From Eledone cirrhosa (taxonomy: Eukaryota), in contig OZ024742.1 in NCBI GenBank assembly GCA_964016885.1, positions 114,948,001 through 115,012,000 on the forward strand: DNA of 64,000 bases. The letters are read 5' to 3'. Below the pieces are notes generated by a model that did not search any database, had not been told where the DNA came from, and saw only the letters and a list, made by a program, of their open reading frames with translations. Each line of letters starts with the position of its first letter. Position 1 is the first letter of the stretch. Positions 25,389 to 39,279 of this stretch are shown piece after piece. The position numbers were made by a program, and so were the translations under genes.

Positions 25389-28300
25389 TTTCGAATATTA
25401 ATAATAATATTCGATTCGGTTGCGATTATTCAAACAAGCCTCATTTTTAAAGCCATATTGTATTTATCAGACACGCACTTGCATACAAACTAATAATTTC
25501 AGCCACCACCCCAGATACATGCATACAACATATACACAATTAGATTTACATATATTGTTTATACTCACACCTAAAATTGCCGGAGCATACACCTGGACCC
25601 CCCATTTCAGCCCTCGCCATCACAAATCGGATTCACACAAAATGTCTCTTTTTATTCATCTGTCTTTCCAAACTTTATCTTTCAACTTTCAAACCTTCTT
25701 TCTCTCCGAACTTTCCTAATTCATTAATATGATATTCCCCAAAAATGATACATTAGAATGAATTTTTAATAAGTCCTTATATCCTAATAAAAATATAAGC
25801 TCTCAACAGCATGTAATTTAGTGCCTGTGGCCTGTAGGATATAAAAGAACTATGCAATTTGTTCACTATTTTTCTAGTTTAGGTTATTTCGATCGTTTCT
25901 TAGTCCTTATATCACTGGTATTGTCTTACATATTGCGCAGCACCTATGAAAATACAAGACTGGATATGGTTGAAGTACTCAGTGGAAAAAAGGAATTACA
26001 TCGACATCTTTTCTTCTTACATCTCCCTCAAATCCCACAATAATTTTTTATAAAAAAATGCACATGTTGATAACGTCTTCCTATATTTTCGACCATTGAA
26101 CAAAAAACGATAGAATGGCCACAGCTTGAAGAAAACACATTCGGTCATAGTTCTACATTATCGTAACTTAGCTGGTGTTAAGCACGATTAATAGCAATGA
26201 GAGGATACGTAGGCAAAATCCCTATGTATATCCTCTTACTTTACAAAATTATCTTCTCACCATAGCAAAATAAATTACACAGGAACGGATTATGCAATTT
26301 AGAAGCTATATATTCGCTATCTGCTGGGTGGAACACATTCACAGTTTATAGCAAAGCACACAGAAGGTTTTAATTTGTGAATAGTATACTGTACTTATTA
26401 GGCAATATAAATCATCACTCATTGAGTTTCTATTCTGAAGCTCTTGACACGCAACACAGCTGAAGGGATTTGAACCTAAAAATATGTAAGCAAAACAATA
26501 CAATTTTTTTTAAACGTGAACAATCGGGAAAAACATTCTTTTTTTTCTAAAGAAAATAAATTTGAATTTTATTATCTAATTATTTAATGAATTAATAAAT
26601 ATTTAATTATTAAACAAGGCAATTTATCAAATTAATTGAAACTCAAGCAAGATATATATAAAGGATAATCGAAGTATTCGATGCTTTTGAAAAATATATT
26701 CATCAAGTATATTAAAAAAAAATTCAAACCCAGAAAACGTTATTACAACTATTGCTTTATCTGAGCCAGACTATCCACGGGGTAATAGAAAAAATATCAT
26801 AACAAAATCAAAAAGAAGAAGATTTGTTAGTGAATTATCAGTTTTGCTTTTTGAACATATTTTATAGTGTTCAATATTGGCAGGAAGCCAGCAGTTTTCA
26901 AAAAGGAGAAAATTCGATTATATTAACTTCAGCATTTGAATGATACTAATTTTCTTGATCCAGAAGTTTTATCAGCGAATAGACTTCAGCGGCAACTGGA
27001 AGTAACTTACAAGTTTCAATATCGTAATTTCACTCTTTTGTTAAGGACGGAAATGGCGTATATGTGACACATTTCACTGGCTCTGAAACTGTAGGGAGGA
27101 GAGAAGTTATCCTAACAAAGGAGACTTTACACAAATATCTTCAGATGGAAACTTGTGAAAGGAACCTCAGGGACATGAGTTAGTGTTAAACTGGTAAAAT
27201 AGTATTTGATATATCCTGCAATGAACATAGTGTGTTAAACCAAATGTCTCCATAACAAAAATTAAGAAAAATCAGTGCTGAAGAGGTACTTACATGTTGA
27301 AAGTTAAAACATGCTTGCATATTATTACTTTGGAGTTGCAACGTGCGTGCTGCAATATCATTTTATTTGCATGAAACAGACACTTTGATATTTTACCTTT
27401 GCTCATATAGCTAATTACATCAATATTTATATATTCATTTATCGATACGATGTAAAAGTTATAGTCTATGTCGGTTTTGAAACAGTTTTCGAGAAATATT
27501 TGCTTCCTTGATGATGTTGAATTATGTTTACATCTATATGACATCTGACGTCTTTCCACGGATATAATGTTCTGTTTAGTCAAAAGCAATTTTAGTGGAA
27601 CATTTTCTTTCTAATTTGCGGACATTGTGGTATACACCATTCCATTAATACTCCATGTATTGACAAGTATGAATTTTTTTTTCTGCTATGCCACAATACA
27701 AACTATAAAGTAATTCCATTATGGGACAACTGCCATTCATACGCTGATAAATCAGCAGAGTCGTTAGTGCTTCAGGTTAATTTCTTCGGTATTTTTCTTA
27801 CCCACTGAGATTCACATTGCCTTTCATCCATTCGGGGGAAGTATAACGTACCGGTTAAGGGCGATGAATTGGTGGGATTTCTAAAGTTCCAGACAGGATG
27901 TCTTCGATATCTGTTGCGGCTCTGGGCGTTCTGTTTAGACGTTGAAGTTTACTCTTTCGTTTATAAATAGGTATTAGTAGTTTTGACACATGATTCAATA
28001 TATTGCATGATAGAATTCCTATGAATAATGATCCTTCATCTCTTCAGAGAATGCGTAGCGTTAACTATGATTTGTGTGTGCGTGAAATGTTATGGTTATA
28101 AACATCTTTCAAAACAGAGAATAGGTTTTAGTGGAATGGGTTGATCATTGACACTCACGCAGTCATAGCTGAGCGTTTATGATTTATAATTAGACAGTGG
28201 CTATATATATTTGCTCGTAGTCGTCTCAGTTGTCTGTGAGTTGTTAGGGGGTGACAAGCTAATATGTTTGTCCTGTGACTGAAGGGTAGTAAAACCGTGT

Positions 28301-28665
28301 GAACAAAATAAATGGGTAGAAAGAAAAGAAAGTTTCATATCGACCACTAACCTGGGCATCTTGGACATCAACCAAAGCCAATTGTAGTCGTTGGTATATC
28401 AGTATGTAGCAAAAGGTTCGATTGTCCATTGATATACGGTTATATGTCGTTTACATAGTGTTTTGATTAAGATAAGCATCAGTTTTATGTGTTAATGTTA
28501 GGATTCATGGTAGAGACTCAGTAGTAAACGTGAATACAGAGAGATGGGATGTTCCGTGGTGTTTTGATGTACATACTATTGTCGTTGTCGCTAAGGAGAA
28601 ACTGGTTTCGAATTCTCACTCACGCACACACACACACACACTTACATGCACACACAAATATATAT

Positions 28666-28810
28666 ACGCGATGAATTGGCAGTCATTAGAACGTCGGATA
28701 GACTACTTTATGGTGTTCATTCCGGTTCCCTGAGTTCAAATCCCGCTGAGGTCAAATTTACCTTTCATCCTTTAGATACAAAAAGTACCAATCTAGTACT
28801 GAAGTCGAGT
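28666..28810 (+). mobile_element. Older, diverged SINE of a related family
   Basis: gaattggcag head, gagttcaaatccc B box, cctttcatcctt core; further decayed pieces around 27750-27960. Confidence 0.65.
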
Positions 28811-28950
28811 CTTCCTCTCTCTGGGAGAAAGCTGCTGTACTTAAGCCTGGAGGGGGAGGGGCTTCACCAGGCTTTAGAAATAACTAAGATATCCATTCTG
28901 CGAATACGGCGCTCCAGCGACTCTGTTTGGAGTACGGGATCATAACTTAT

Positions 28951-29005
<55 letters not shown>

Positions 29006-29061
29006 TAATTTATTATAATTACAGATTACATTTTAAGCAAATAATTTCTGCTTTCATTATA

Positions 29062-29717
29062 TTGTGTTGGCATGCAAACAGAACTGCAGACACTAATGTT
29101 TGTAGTTGATTGTCCTTCATCAGTACGGTATAATGCTTAATTGCCATCAGTCAAGGCTAGTAATAATATATGATATTTTCTAAAATATACAGTGACTTAT
29201 CAGCTTGATTTACATATTAGCAGACTGCCTGATCAGTCAGTGCTACATGTGAGCAGATCCACTGATCAGCCACATTTGCATATCAGCAGATACGCCAGTC
29301 AGTTTCATGTATACGAGCGATTAATAGCCGGCTTGGCAATATTCAAATAACTAACAAACAGTTTATCGCTCTACATGGCTGAGTACAATAAACATAATCT
29401 CAGGTTTTCAAATAATAATAATAATTGTTTCTACTTTCGGCACAAGGCCAGCAATACACCAGTACATTACTGGTACTTTATTTTATCGACCCCATAAGGA
29501 TGAAAGGCAAAGTTGACCTCGGCAGGATTTGAACTCAGAATGGAAGGGGCCGTAACTCTATGCGTCAAAGCATGGTGTCTGACCCTCTACCGATACTGCC
29601 AATCTATAATAATATTATAATATTCGATTCGTTTGCAATTATGGAAACAATCTCTTTAACCCATGTCAGTAAAATGACTCCGCCATTCTTGCTCCTGTGT
29701 TGTCATGTAAACAGAAT

Positions 29718-29720
<3 letters not shown>
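29062..29720 (-). mobile_element. Second, circularly permuted copy of the ~434-bp HHR repeat (HHR GAAA>CAAA, probably inactive), SINE inserted
   Basis: Begins tgtgttggcatgcaaacagaactgc and ends tgtgttgtcatgtaaacagaattgc; tcatcag at 29117-29123. Confidence 0.7.
29425..29604 (-). mobile_element. SINE
   Basis: Reverse complement of the SINE consensus; same sub-type (gtaactctatgcgtcaaa) as 25206-25388. Confidence 0.92.
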
Positions 29721-29752
<32 letters not shown>

Positions 29753-31181
29753 TAACAAAATTAGATTAAAGATGCCATGTCTGATAATATCAGAAGCATG
29801 ATGAAAATGTGTAAGCTTAAAAGGTTAAAATTAAGTTCGTTTACTCATAGTCACTATTATATATATATATCGCACATAACCATTATACAACAGCTATGAC
29901 TTCATCGGACAACCACAAATTGAACAGGAAAACAGAATAATACATAGCGATCGAATATAAATATACACTGCAGTAAACCGACCCACCTTCGTTCTAGTGT
30001 TTTACCCTGCATAATGAAGTGTCGGTAATTAACCAACCCATACTCTCTCTCTCTTTGTCTCTCCATCTCTCTCTCTCTCTCTCTCATTCTCTCTCACTCT
30101 CTCTATCTCTCTCTCTCTATATATATATATATGTTTGCTCATTCATATATGAGAAAAGTGTACAGGAGAAGACGGAATATATATTGTATTCGTGCATCGG
30201 GATTTCGTAAGGCATTTATTCTGTTTTTGCTTGGGATCGTTTATTTGAATTCTGAGAGCTTTACAAAGATCCAATATTTGTTTGTGACAGTTTTATACAG
30301 ATACCTCCCGAGTTCTTTTCGTTTAAAACAAAGACTCAATTTTCTCTGTGCTGATTTAACTGGTTTGAATTTAGAAAGCAACACATATTTCATAAAGAAT
30401 ACCTTGGAAATATATTCAATATCTAATATAAGACAAGCTATATTTGCAATTTAAACATATGATGTGTTCAAATTTAACATGTTTTGTTTTTATAATACGA
30501 ATCTATCTGTGTAAACATAGAACAATATATGCGTACACACACACACACATAGGCACACACATACACATACACACACACACACACATATATATATACATAT
30601 ATATATAGATGTATATATATAAACTAATTCCATATAAACATAAGTTTTAACATCAAACTTGTGATATGTGATAATAAAATTACTTTTAGAATATTTTGAG
30701 CCAGATATAGCTAACACCAATATTACATGGTTAGATATTGATGGGAATGTTTGATAATGACTTCTTTATCTTTACTTTCTTTGTTGGAGTATTGATTAAT
30801 TTTCATGGCAGCTATACTGACGCAATATTTTGTAGAATTTTGTTTATGGAATTGTTAAATTGATTTCATGAAATTCCTTATTACTAAAATGGTGATATAC
30901 AAGTAATGCTGCTGATCTTACACGATTATTGTCTTCCTCAAAGTTTAAGTTGTCATGTATCTGTTAGTAGCTTTGATGCATAATCATTTTATATTTCTTT
31001 AACCTATCGTCATCCTACAATTGAAGCCAATACGACGGAACATGCTGGCTTTCACAAACATATGCAACATATATATATATATATATATATATACCATACA
31101 TCAATCTTAAATTATTGTTCATATGTTGATTTAAAACATCACTATTCACAAGTGTTTTTTAAGCTTCATATCATGTATCCC

Positions 31182-31252
31182 TATTTTATCTGATGAAAAC
31201 GCAGATATCATCCCAGGATGATATTTGTTTTTGAAATGCGCATAATAAAATA
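31182..31252 (+). ncRNA. Type I HHR in a PLE pLTR fragment (about 31098-31290)
   Basis: TATTTTAT-CTGATGA-aaacGCAGATATCATC..GATGATATTTGTtttt-GAAA-TGCGCA-TA-ATAAAATA; homologous copies at 47190 and 62688. Confidence 0.82.
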
Positions 31253-31284
31253 CTCGGAGGAACTCTTTTAACCATATCTTGATC

Positions 31285-31346
<62 letters not shown>

Positions 31347-31351
<5 letters not shown>

Positions 31352-31495
31352 CGGGTAAGATTCCCGAGATCCATGGACGAGTTCTCTCCAGCGGCCTCTG
31401 GCCCTCATTATCGCTGCCATGTCCTGCGTCTCCAACAGACCAGTGTCTGTCCTTAGGGCATCAACATACGTTATCCTCTGTCTTCCTCTTCCTCT
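31347..31495 (-). mobile_element. 3' end fragment of an RTE-type LINE
   Basis: Minus strand [19 protein letters not shown]...RWRELV; homologous to 36740-36885. Confidence 0.7.
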
Positions 31496-31506
31496 CTCTC
31501 TCTCTT

Positions 31507-31559
<53 letters not shown>

Positions 31560-31574
31560 CCCTACATAGATATA

Positions 31575-31649
<75 letters not shown>

Positions 31650-31720
31650 TTACATATATATATATATATATATACTTACATATATATATATATATATATA
31701 TAGCATACATATATATACAT

Positions 31721-31751
<31 letters not shown>

Positions 31752-31832
31752 CATGTGTGTGTGTGTGTGTATATATATGTATATATATATATTATAAGCA
31801 CTTAATCGATGCTTTGACGCTTAATGGGATCT

Positions 31833-31872
<40 letters not shown>

Positions 31873-32417
31873 AGTATATATAGATGTGGTGAGGAGTGTA
31901 TGTGACGGAAATGATAGATTGTAGATAGATAGAAATACTAATGTAAAAGTAGATAAATTTTTAAAATTATTCATTCTTCTTGAAATGATTTGTTTTACAT
32001 TCAATTATCTCATTTCCTTCTCTCAACACACGTGTATTTCATGTTGCGTTAATAATAAGTATGACAATGTAAATAATTCATTCAATGCCAGCCATTCTAA
32101 ATGTTTATACAAGTAATAGGGAAGAGGTCATACAAGATTTGATATGAAATATATATATTTGTAAGAAAAATAATTGGTTTGGATACCTCAACAATGAAGA
32201 TGGGTAAATCTCCTGGTGGTATTGAGCTGAGAGATGTAGAAGGAAGCGTAGCAAGAGAGGTGGTGGGCGTAATATAACGTAAGAAAGTTGTAAAAAGATA
32301 ACAAGGAATGTAATTTCCTTGGAAGCGAGTTAATAATCCATATAATTTGGAATCCACATCCATCAACAGGGGTGTTTTCCGAGGGGAAGGACTTGTGTCG
32401 GAGATGGAAAACACTTG

Positions 32418-32457
<40 letters not shown>

Positions 32458-32459
32458 GT

Positions 32460-32682
<223 letters not shown>

Positions 32683-32707
32683 CTTACACAACAGTTAATT
32701 CACCATA

Positions 32708-32752
32708 CCGAGGTGAACAATTGTTTCACCTTCGCCTGATCCTCAGCCCGGG
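32708..32752 (-). ncRNA. pLTR HHR motif (decayed)
   Basis: ccggg-CTGAGGA-...-GAAA-CAATTG-TT-cac-ctcgg. Confidence 0.5.
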
Positions 32753-34253
32753 ATGTGTTTTAGGTCACTGCACACAGGCAATACTAGACTGCATGCGGGA
32801 GATGTAAGGGAGATAACTGCGAAAGTCCGGAAAGTTTTAAGGACGACGTGTGAAAAATTCACTTCTCGTATTTAGGCAATCACTATTGCGTAATCTCTTT
32901 AGGATAGTTATTCGTTCGTCGATACATAAGCCACACGTCGGATTTCCCCTTGCGTATGGCTTGGACATAGTGATGGCTTTCCATTGAATGGAGTAGCCTA
33001 TACTTGAGTCCTTGAGGGACCATACGTGGCTCGCGAGGGTCGTGGATGAACGTCTGTCCGGGTATCTGAAGGTAGACTGGTCGTTCAGGAAACGATCCTT
33101 AAATCGGCCCTCCGCCATGCCCACATAGGATTTGGCCTCATGTGGTTCGTTTGGTCGGTTGGAAGTGACCACAGCTTCATATATTACAGCTGGTGTGTTG
33201 CATTGCTGTTGAAGGGGGCAAGCTTCAGGCTTACGGCAAGAGCACCCTGCTGGGTGTTGCTCCTTGTGCTGCTGGTGATGTGGGCCTTCGTGTCCTTAGC
33301 GCAGGAGTATCCTCGTTTAACTTTGTGTCGGTTAAAGATGGAGTGGTATTTATGAAGTATGGGGAAGTGTCTATCTAAGAGGGCTAGAAACTTTTTTCCT
33401 ACATTGGTTTTAACGTTGAGTGAGAAGGGAGGAGAGAACAAGATAGTTTGTCTATTGATGCGCTGACTTTTCTTAATGGTTTTGTTGCTAGAGTTGGAGA
33501 GTGGGTGATAGGTTGTGAGAAGCCGCTGTTCGCCAACGGCGTGTTATAGTAGGGTGCCGCCCTGTCAAAGATAGCCTTATTAGAGGAGAGGTTTGAGATT
33601 CTAGTACTGATATTCTTAACGAAGTTTCTAAAAACAGTGGGAGGGTGGCATGAGTCCTTGTGAATGTAATACAGTTTCTCGTTTAGCTTATGGAAGGCTC
33701 TGTGGGTGTGCGTGAGAAGGTCTAAATTAATGACTAAGAAATCTACGCTAGAGAGTTTGGTAGCTACTGTTATCCTAAGGCCTAAATCAGTCTACCTACA
33801 GATACCCGAACAGACGTTTATCCACGAAACTTGCGAGCCACGTATGGTCCCTCAAGGACTCAAGTATAGGCTACTCCATTCAATGGAAAGCCATCACTAA
33901 GTCCAAGCCATACAAAAGGGGAAATGCGATGTGTGGCTTATGTATCGACGAACGAATAACTATCCTAAAGAGATTACGCAATAGCGATTGCCTAAACACG
34001 AGAAGTGAATTGTTCACACGTTGCAACACGTCACCAAACATCTATTGCATAACTACAAGGCTCTGGACTGATTCTTTGTAATTTCATTTTTAATTTTTTT
34101 TATTTTATTTTCAACTTAAAAACTTTCCGGCTTTCACAGTAATCTCCCTTACACCTCTCTCACGCAGTCTAGTATTGCCTGTGTGAAATGTCAGAGTTTC
34201 TGCGCACGCGCGTTGGTACAGTTGTCCTTCATATTCCTATAGCCATACACATC

Positions 34254-34293
34254 CCGAGTTGAAGATCCGCGAAGGTGAAACAATTGTTCTCGG
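34254..34293 (+). ncRNA. pLTR minimal HHR motif (C3>U in this copy)
   Basis: CCGAG-TTGAAGA-t-CC gcgaa GG-t-GAAA-CAATTG-TT-CTCGG. Confidence 0.6.
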
Positions 34294-34387
34294 TATGGTG
34301 AACTAACTGTCGTGTAACCACGTCTACCTAACTCGTCCCTTGGACTGAGTGCTCTACCACTACAGATATTACCTTCCAGTGTTCCAC

Positions 34388-34442
<55 letters not shown>

Positions 34443-34451
<9 letters not shown>

Positions 34452-34540
34452 TAAACGGAATAGAAAATGTTGACAAACTGTTCACAGTTGAAAAATGTGA
34501 ACAATTTGTCAGCATTCTCTGTTCCGTTTACCAATATATA
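34443..34540. repeat. ~95-bp near-perfect hairpin in TA repeat
   Basis: tattggtaaacggaatagaaaatgttgacaaactgttcaca / tgtgaacaatttgtcagcattctctgttccgtttaccaata. Confidence 0.85.
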
Positions 34541-34569
34541 ATAACTTGTGTGTTACACCTCTATTGTTT

Positions 34570-34641
<72 letters not shown>

Positions 34642-34847
34642 TATTGTTATACTTTGGGTGGGTCATATTTGTGTAATATTGCCAGAATTAATAACGGAAC
34701 GCACTCACTGTTTGGTTGGTTTTCGCTTTTCGCTTCTGTGTCTTTTATATCGGTTAATTTAATTTATTCGGTCCTCAATGTTGCCATTGACTGAACACCG
34801 GTCAAAAATACAGATACAATATAGACACAAACACATATATATAGTCT

Positions 34848-34890
34848 ATCAAAGTTCTTTCGTTGCACATCTGCAACCTCGTCAGTGGTG
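34848..34890 (-). ncRNA. Minimal HHR motif downstream of the PLE ORF
   Basis: cacca-CTGACGA-g-GTTGCA gatg TGCAAC-GAAA-GAAC-TT-tgat. Confidence 0.6.
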
Positions 34891-35220
34891 CTATTGTTTC
34901 CTCCCGTTACATTGTATTTTCGACGCCATCTTTATTTAGTCTGTTTATATATTTATTTATTTGTTTATTTGTTTGTCTTCATTGCGCATGCGTTTGCGCT
35001 TGCGTGTGTGTATCGTGTTTTATTGGATGTGTGTTCGTGGTTGGGTGACTGTGCATTGGTTAATGTATTCTATCTTTACTAGTGTGTGTTTATATGTGTT
35101 TATTGTTATTATGCTTGTGTATGTATTTATTTATTCATCTATTTATTTATTTATTTATACTTCTCTAAGGTCAGGGTTCTTTGTTTGGGTGTTGTTGTTA
35201 TTCCATTCATGTTTTTCTGT

Positions 35221-36075
35221 TTAGCCTTGTCCTTCTAAGTTCCAATTCTCTGGCCTCCTGATTTTCCTAGCAGCTGGGTCTTTTCTATGTTTAGATATTA
35301 TTCTAATTTCTATGCTGTATATGATACCGTCGTGCCGTTGTCTGGTATGTTCGTATAGTACTGAACCGTTTTTTCCTCCTTTTAGTTCCCCCCAGTGTAG
35401 GTCTATCCGTTCACCTATGCTACAAGCTGTCCCGCCTATGTATGTTGTTGTCATGTTTCTGCAAGTAGCCTCTGTGCATCTAATGCTATAGACTACGTTT
35501 CTAGTTTTACAGTTCATCCGGTTGTTTACTTTACATATGTTACATTTCCTATTAGTACAGTGGGTTTTCCTAAAAAAGTAGGTTTTGCTGATCAGGGATT
35601 TTATGGTGGTTCCTGGCTTTTCTACCACCTTAATATTTAGGTGAGTCTTTCTCAAGGCCTTTCTACACTGGTTAGCTAATTTACCTTCAGGGGTAGCGTC
35701 CATAAACATGACACTCTGGTATCTATGTTTGTTGTACAATGGGGTGGCGTTCCCTATCTTATGTCTAGCCCTATCTAAGCTATTCCATGATTTGCTCCTG
35801 TACAATGGGCAAATTCCTTTCATGTCCAGTTCTATGAGAGTCATATGCTTCTCCGTGGCTCCTTCGTATACTCTGATTCTGTCTCTTTTGTTGTAGCCAG
35901 AGAACTGCATGCGGTTGATAAAGTGTTGGATCTGTCTTTCCATTCCTGTTGGGTCGCACATGCGGGACACGTTCTTCATCACTCGTACCAAGTCTGCGAT
36001 CAGAATATTAAACTTAGCGCTACTGGACATTGCTGAGGTTTTGAGTATCAGGTATTTGGAGGCGATCGGTTTAGC
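35221..36075 (-). mobile_element. PLE fragment: RT thumb/linker, Cys motif and GIY-YIG; a lineage distinct from the others here
   Basis: MQFSGY, LYRS, IKVVEKPG, C....C..C, CKTRNVVYSIRC..TYIG. Confidence 0.85.
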
Positions 36076-36093
36076 ACAGCTAATTCATCGCCG

Positions 36094-36140
<47 letters not shown>

Positions 36141-36167
36141 GGCGATGAATTATATTTATATATATAC

Positions 36168-36320
<153 letters not shown>

Positions 36321-36332
36321 TATATACATATA

Positions 36333-36449
<117 letters not shown>

Positions 36450-36739
36450 ATATAGATTTATATATATATAGATATATAGATATGTGTGTGTGTGTGTCTT
36501 TGATAAATAAACATTTTCGGAGCGAAGCAATGGACAGAAGGTTGGTGGCCAATGCCGTCTATCGGAAGCTAGCAGAAGCAGCGGGGGATAATTGCCCGTG
36601 CTTATCGAACTTGGATCTCATCAGGACAATGCTTTCCATTTTCCATAGTACACTGCTGGTCTTTGAGACAGCCGAACATACATTGCTGTTTTGCATCATT
36701 TGCATATAAACCTGAACAATATAATATATCTATCTATCT

Positions 36740-37125
36740 AGCACGGGTAAAATTACCGACATCCATGGACTAGTTCTCTCCAGCTGTCTATGTCCCTCAT
36801 CATCGCTGCCATGTCCTGCGTCTCAAGGAGAACAATATCTATTATTATGGCATCAACACATGTCAACCTCGGTCACCCTCTTCTAGTGTGTCCATGCAGG
36901 GCTCCCACAGGAAAATTGATTGCAGTGTCAACTCTGGATGTCGGTGAGCATGTCCAACTAAGCTTAGTCTCTTCTGTGCTACTCTCGAGCTGACTTTTCG
37001 GAGCCTCCCTCACAGCTCTGAGTTCTTCGTCCTCAGTGTATACTAATTAATGTTCAGAGCCATACTCAGCATTCTCGTGTAGCAACCAAACCCCCCTCTG
37101 AGTGAGTTTCTTGTTCAGTGTCCAA
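36740..37125 (-). mobile_element. 3' fragment of an RTE-type LINE
   Basis: WTLNKKL, CYTRMLSMALNI, KVSSRV..KRL.LVGHAHRH, LWEP, RRG; (TAGA)n tail. Confidence 0.75.
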
Positions 37126-37148
37126 GAATTAAATATAGATATATATAA

Positions 37149-37190
<42 letters not shown>

Positions 37191-37448
37191 GAAGTAATTC
37201 CGTCGGAAAACTCCAGGTGGTTTCTAGAAAGCAAATAAAACTGCTTTCAGTCGTCAGAATCAACAAATCCTGGTGATTTTATTGAATGTGGAATTGAAAA
37301 CAAAAAATATAAGAAATATGAAAGAGAGGCTGAAGGAAAAAGAAACAAAGATAATAAATATAAAAGTAAATAAACACACACACATATATACATAGATGTA
37401 TATATATATATAAATATACATACACATACACATAAATACACAAACACT

Positions 37449-37551
<103 letters not shown>

Positions 37552-37678
37552 GTTATATTTAATTTGTAGGTTTCAACAAGCTTAAACATTTTTATAATTG
37601 ATATAAAACACTTAACCGATTAGTGGATTAAATACACAATATATTAATAAATGGAAACTATATTTATAAAACCATATT

Positions 37679-37744
37679 TATTTTATTATACATATTTCCA
37701 GGGCAACCAAGGCAAATTATGGTGCGCTTTCATCAGATAAAATA
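37679..37744 (-). ncRNA. Type I HHR in the 3' region of a PLE
   Basis: TATTTTAT-CTGATGA-aagcgcacca...tggttgccctg-GAAA-TATGTA-TA-ATAAAATA. Confidence 0.72.
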
Positions 37745-38280
37745 CAGATTTGTTTTATAAATAAATATTGACATACCGTGAAAAGAGACAACCTCAACGG
37801 TTGGACCTTCCTGGATATTGTAGATAATACTTTATTGAGGGTAATACAAAGTTATGAGTGAGTATGCAAATGAGTGTCCGAAAGTTTGAAAATATAACGG
37901 TTTATTTAAATTAAACTGTTGGAAGAAGATGATATGTAAGTGAGAGAGAAAAAAAGAAAAAAAGGAAGGAGAAAGAGAGAAGAGGAAGGAAAGAAGATTA
38001 TACATATTGATAGTGAAGATAGAGTGAATGAAGAAATAAGTTTCAATGGAGATATATACATAGCGTAAATATATCTAAGTGAAAGAAAAAGTGAAAGAAG
38101 AAATAAGATTAACGTGGGAGAATAATATTTATAATGTAGCCTTCATTACGTTGTGATTATAATATTTATAATGATAGGTTGAAAAATTAGATTAAAATTA
38201 AAAATTAGAAATCAAAATTAATGATTAAAATGTTTCCTTAATATTAAATATTTAATTTCATAATTTAATATTAATATTAA

Positions 38281-38392
38281 GAATTAAAAATTAAAAATTA
38301 AAATATAAAAATTAAAAATTAAAAATTAAAAAATTAAAAATTAAAAATTAAAAATTAAAAATTAAAAATTAAAAATTTAAATTTAAATTAAA
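38281..38392 (+). repeat. (AAAATT)n simple repeat
   Basis: Direct reading. Confidence 0.9.
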
Positions 38393-39279
38393 ACAGAAGT
38401 ATTTATATTATATTAAGATGTATTAGTTAAAATATATTGGTTTTGATGTGTATGTTAAGGATTATAAATTATTTAAATAAATATATAATATTTTACATTA
38501 GACAAAATCTAGTATATTTTATTTTGTTAAAGTAAGTTTGGCAAAATTATATTTATTAATAGTTATAAGTCAAAATTTAAACTTCCAAATAATTCTAAAT
38601 TTATGAAAAATTTACGAGAGTTTACAAAGGAATAACTACTTAATTATATTATAAAAACAGTAAGGAAGTATAAAGGAAGTTAGAATTGATGTTTTAAGAT
38701 CTCAAATGATTCCAAGGATTAAATGTTATGCATTTAAAAATGTTATCTTAAGAATATAATTAAAACATAAACCATATGTTATTTTATACGAAGTCATACA
38801 TTTATCTCAAGAATATAATTAAAACATAAATCATAGGTTATATTATGAGAAGTCATACTTGCTATAATGATAAAAAATGTATCTTAAGAATATAGTTAAA
38901 ACATAAACCATAGGTTATTCCACATATATATAAAAACCTATATATACAAATCATGTTATTCCACATATATATATAAATATTTGGATACATATATTAAAAA
39001 CGTTTGAAGATATAAAAATATTGGAAGATATGAAAATAATGGTTTTTCTATATCTTTCAAAGGAACATTTAAAGAATTTTCTAAAACCTTCCATAAGTCT
39101 TTCAAGAACATTTTTTCTTAAAAAAGTTTCAAGCAGTCACATAAAAAAAGTTTATAATCTATTCATAGGTGTAATAATATAAAGTATATATATGAGGTAG
39201 AGATAATAGAAAGTAAATTAAATATATATGAATCATATATAAATATAGAAAACGTTATGTAAAGGAGATTAACCATATA

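Larger units (their letters stand above)
24745..25458 (-). mobile_element. ~434-bp non-coding HHR repeat with terminal redundancy (retrozyme-like), SINE inserted
   Basis: aatctgag..ttcgaatat at 24745 recurs at 25179 and continues after the SINE; HHR at 24872-24921. Confidence 0.7.
32685..34322 (-). mobile_element. 5'-truncated PLE (minus) followed by an inverted copy of its 3' end (about 33790-34322)
   Basis: FSPPFSLNVKTNVG, SYVG..GRFKDRF..., CGLC..E; 33790-34030 is the reverse complement of about 32845-33078; same family as 48985-51090. Confidence 0.9.

Noticed and set aside
36515-36630. Minus-strand CTGATGA ... GAAA
   Set aside because: No convincing stem II or III
37211-37262. Minus-strand CTGACGA-stem-GAAA-CCACCTGG
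   Set aside because: No UH cleavage triplet or stem I 3' strand; truncated or decayed
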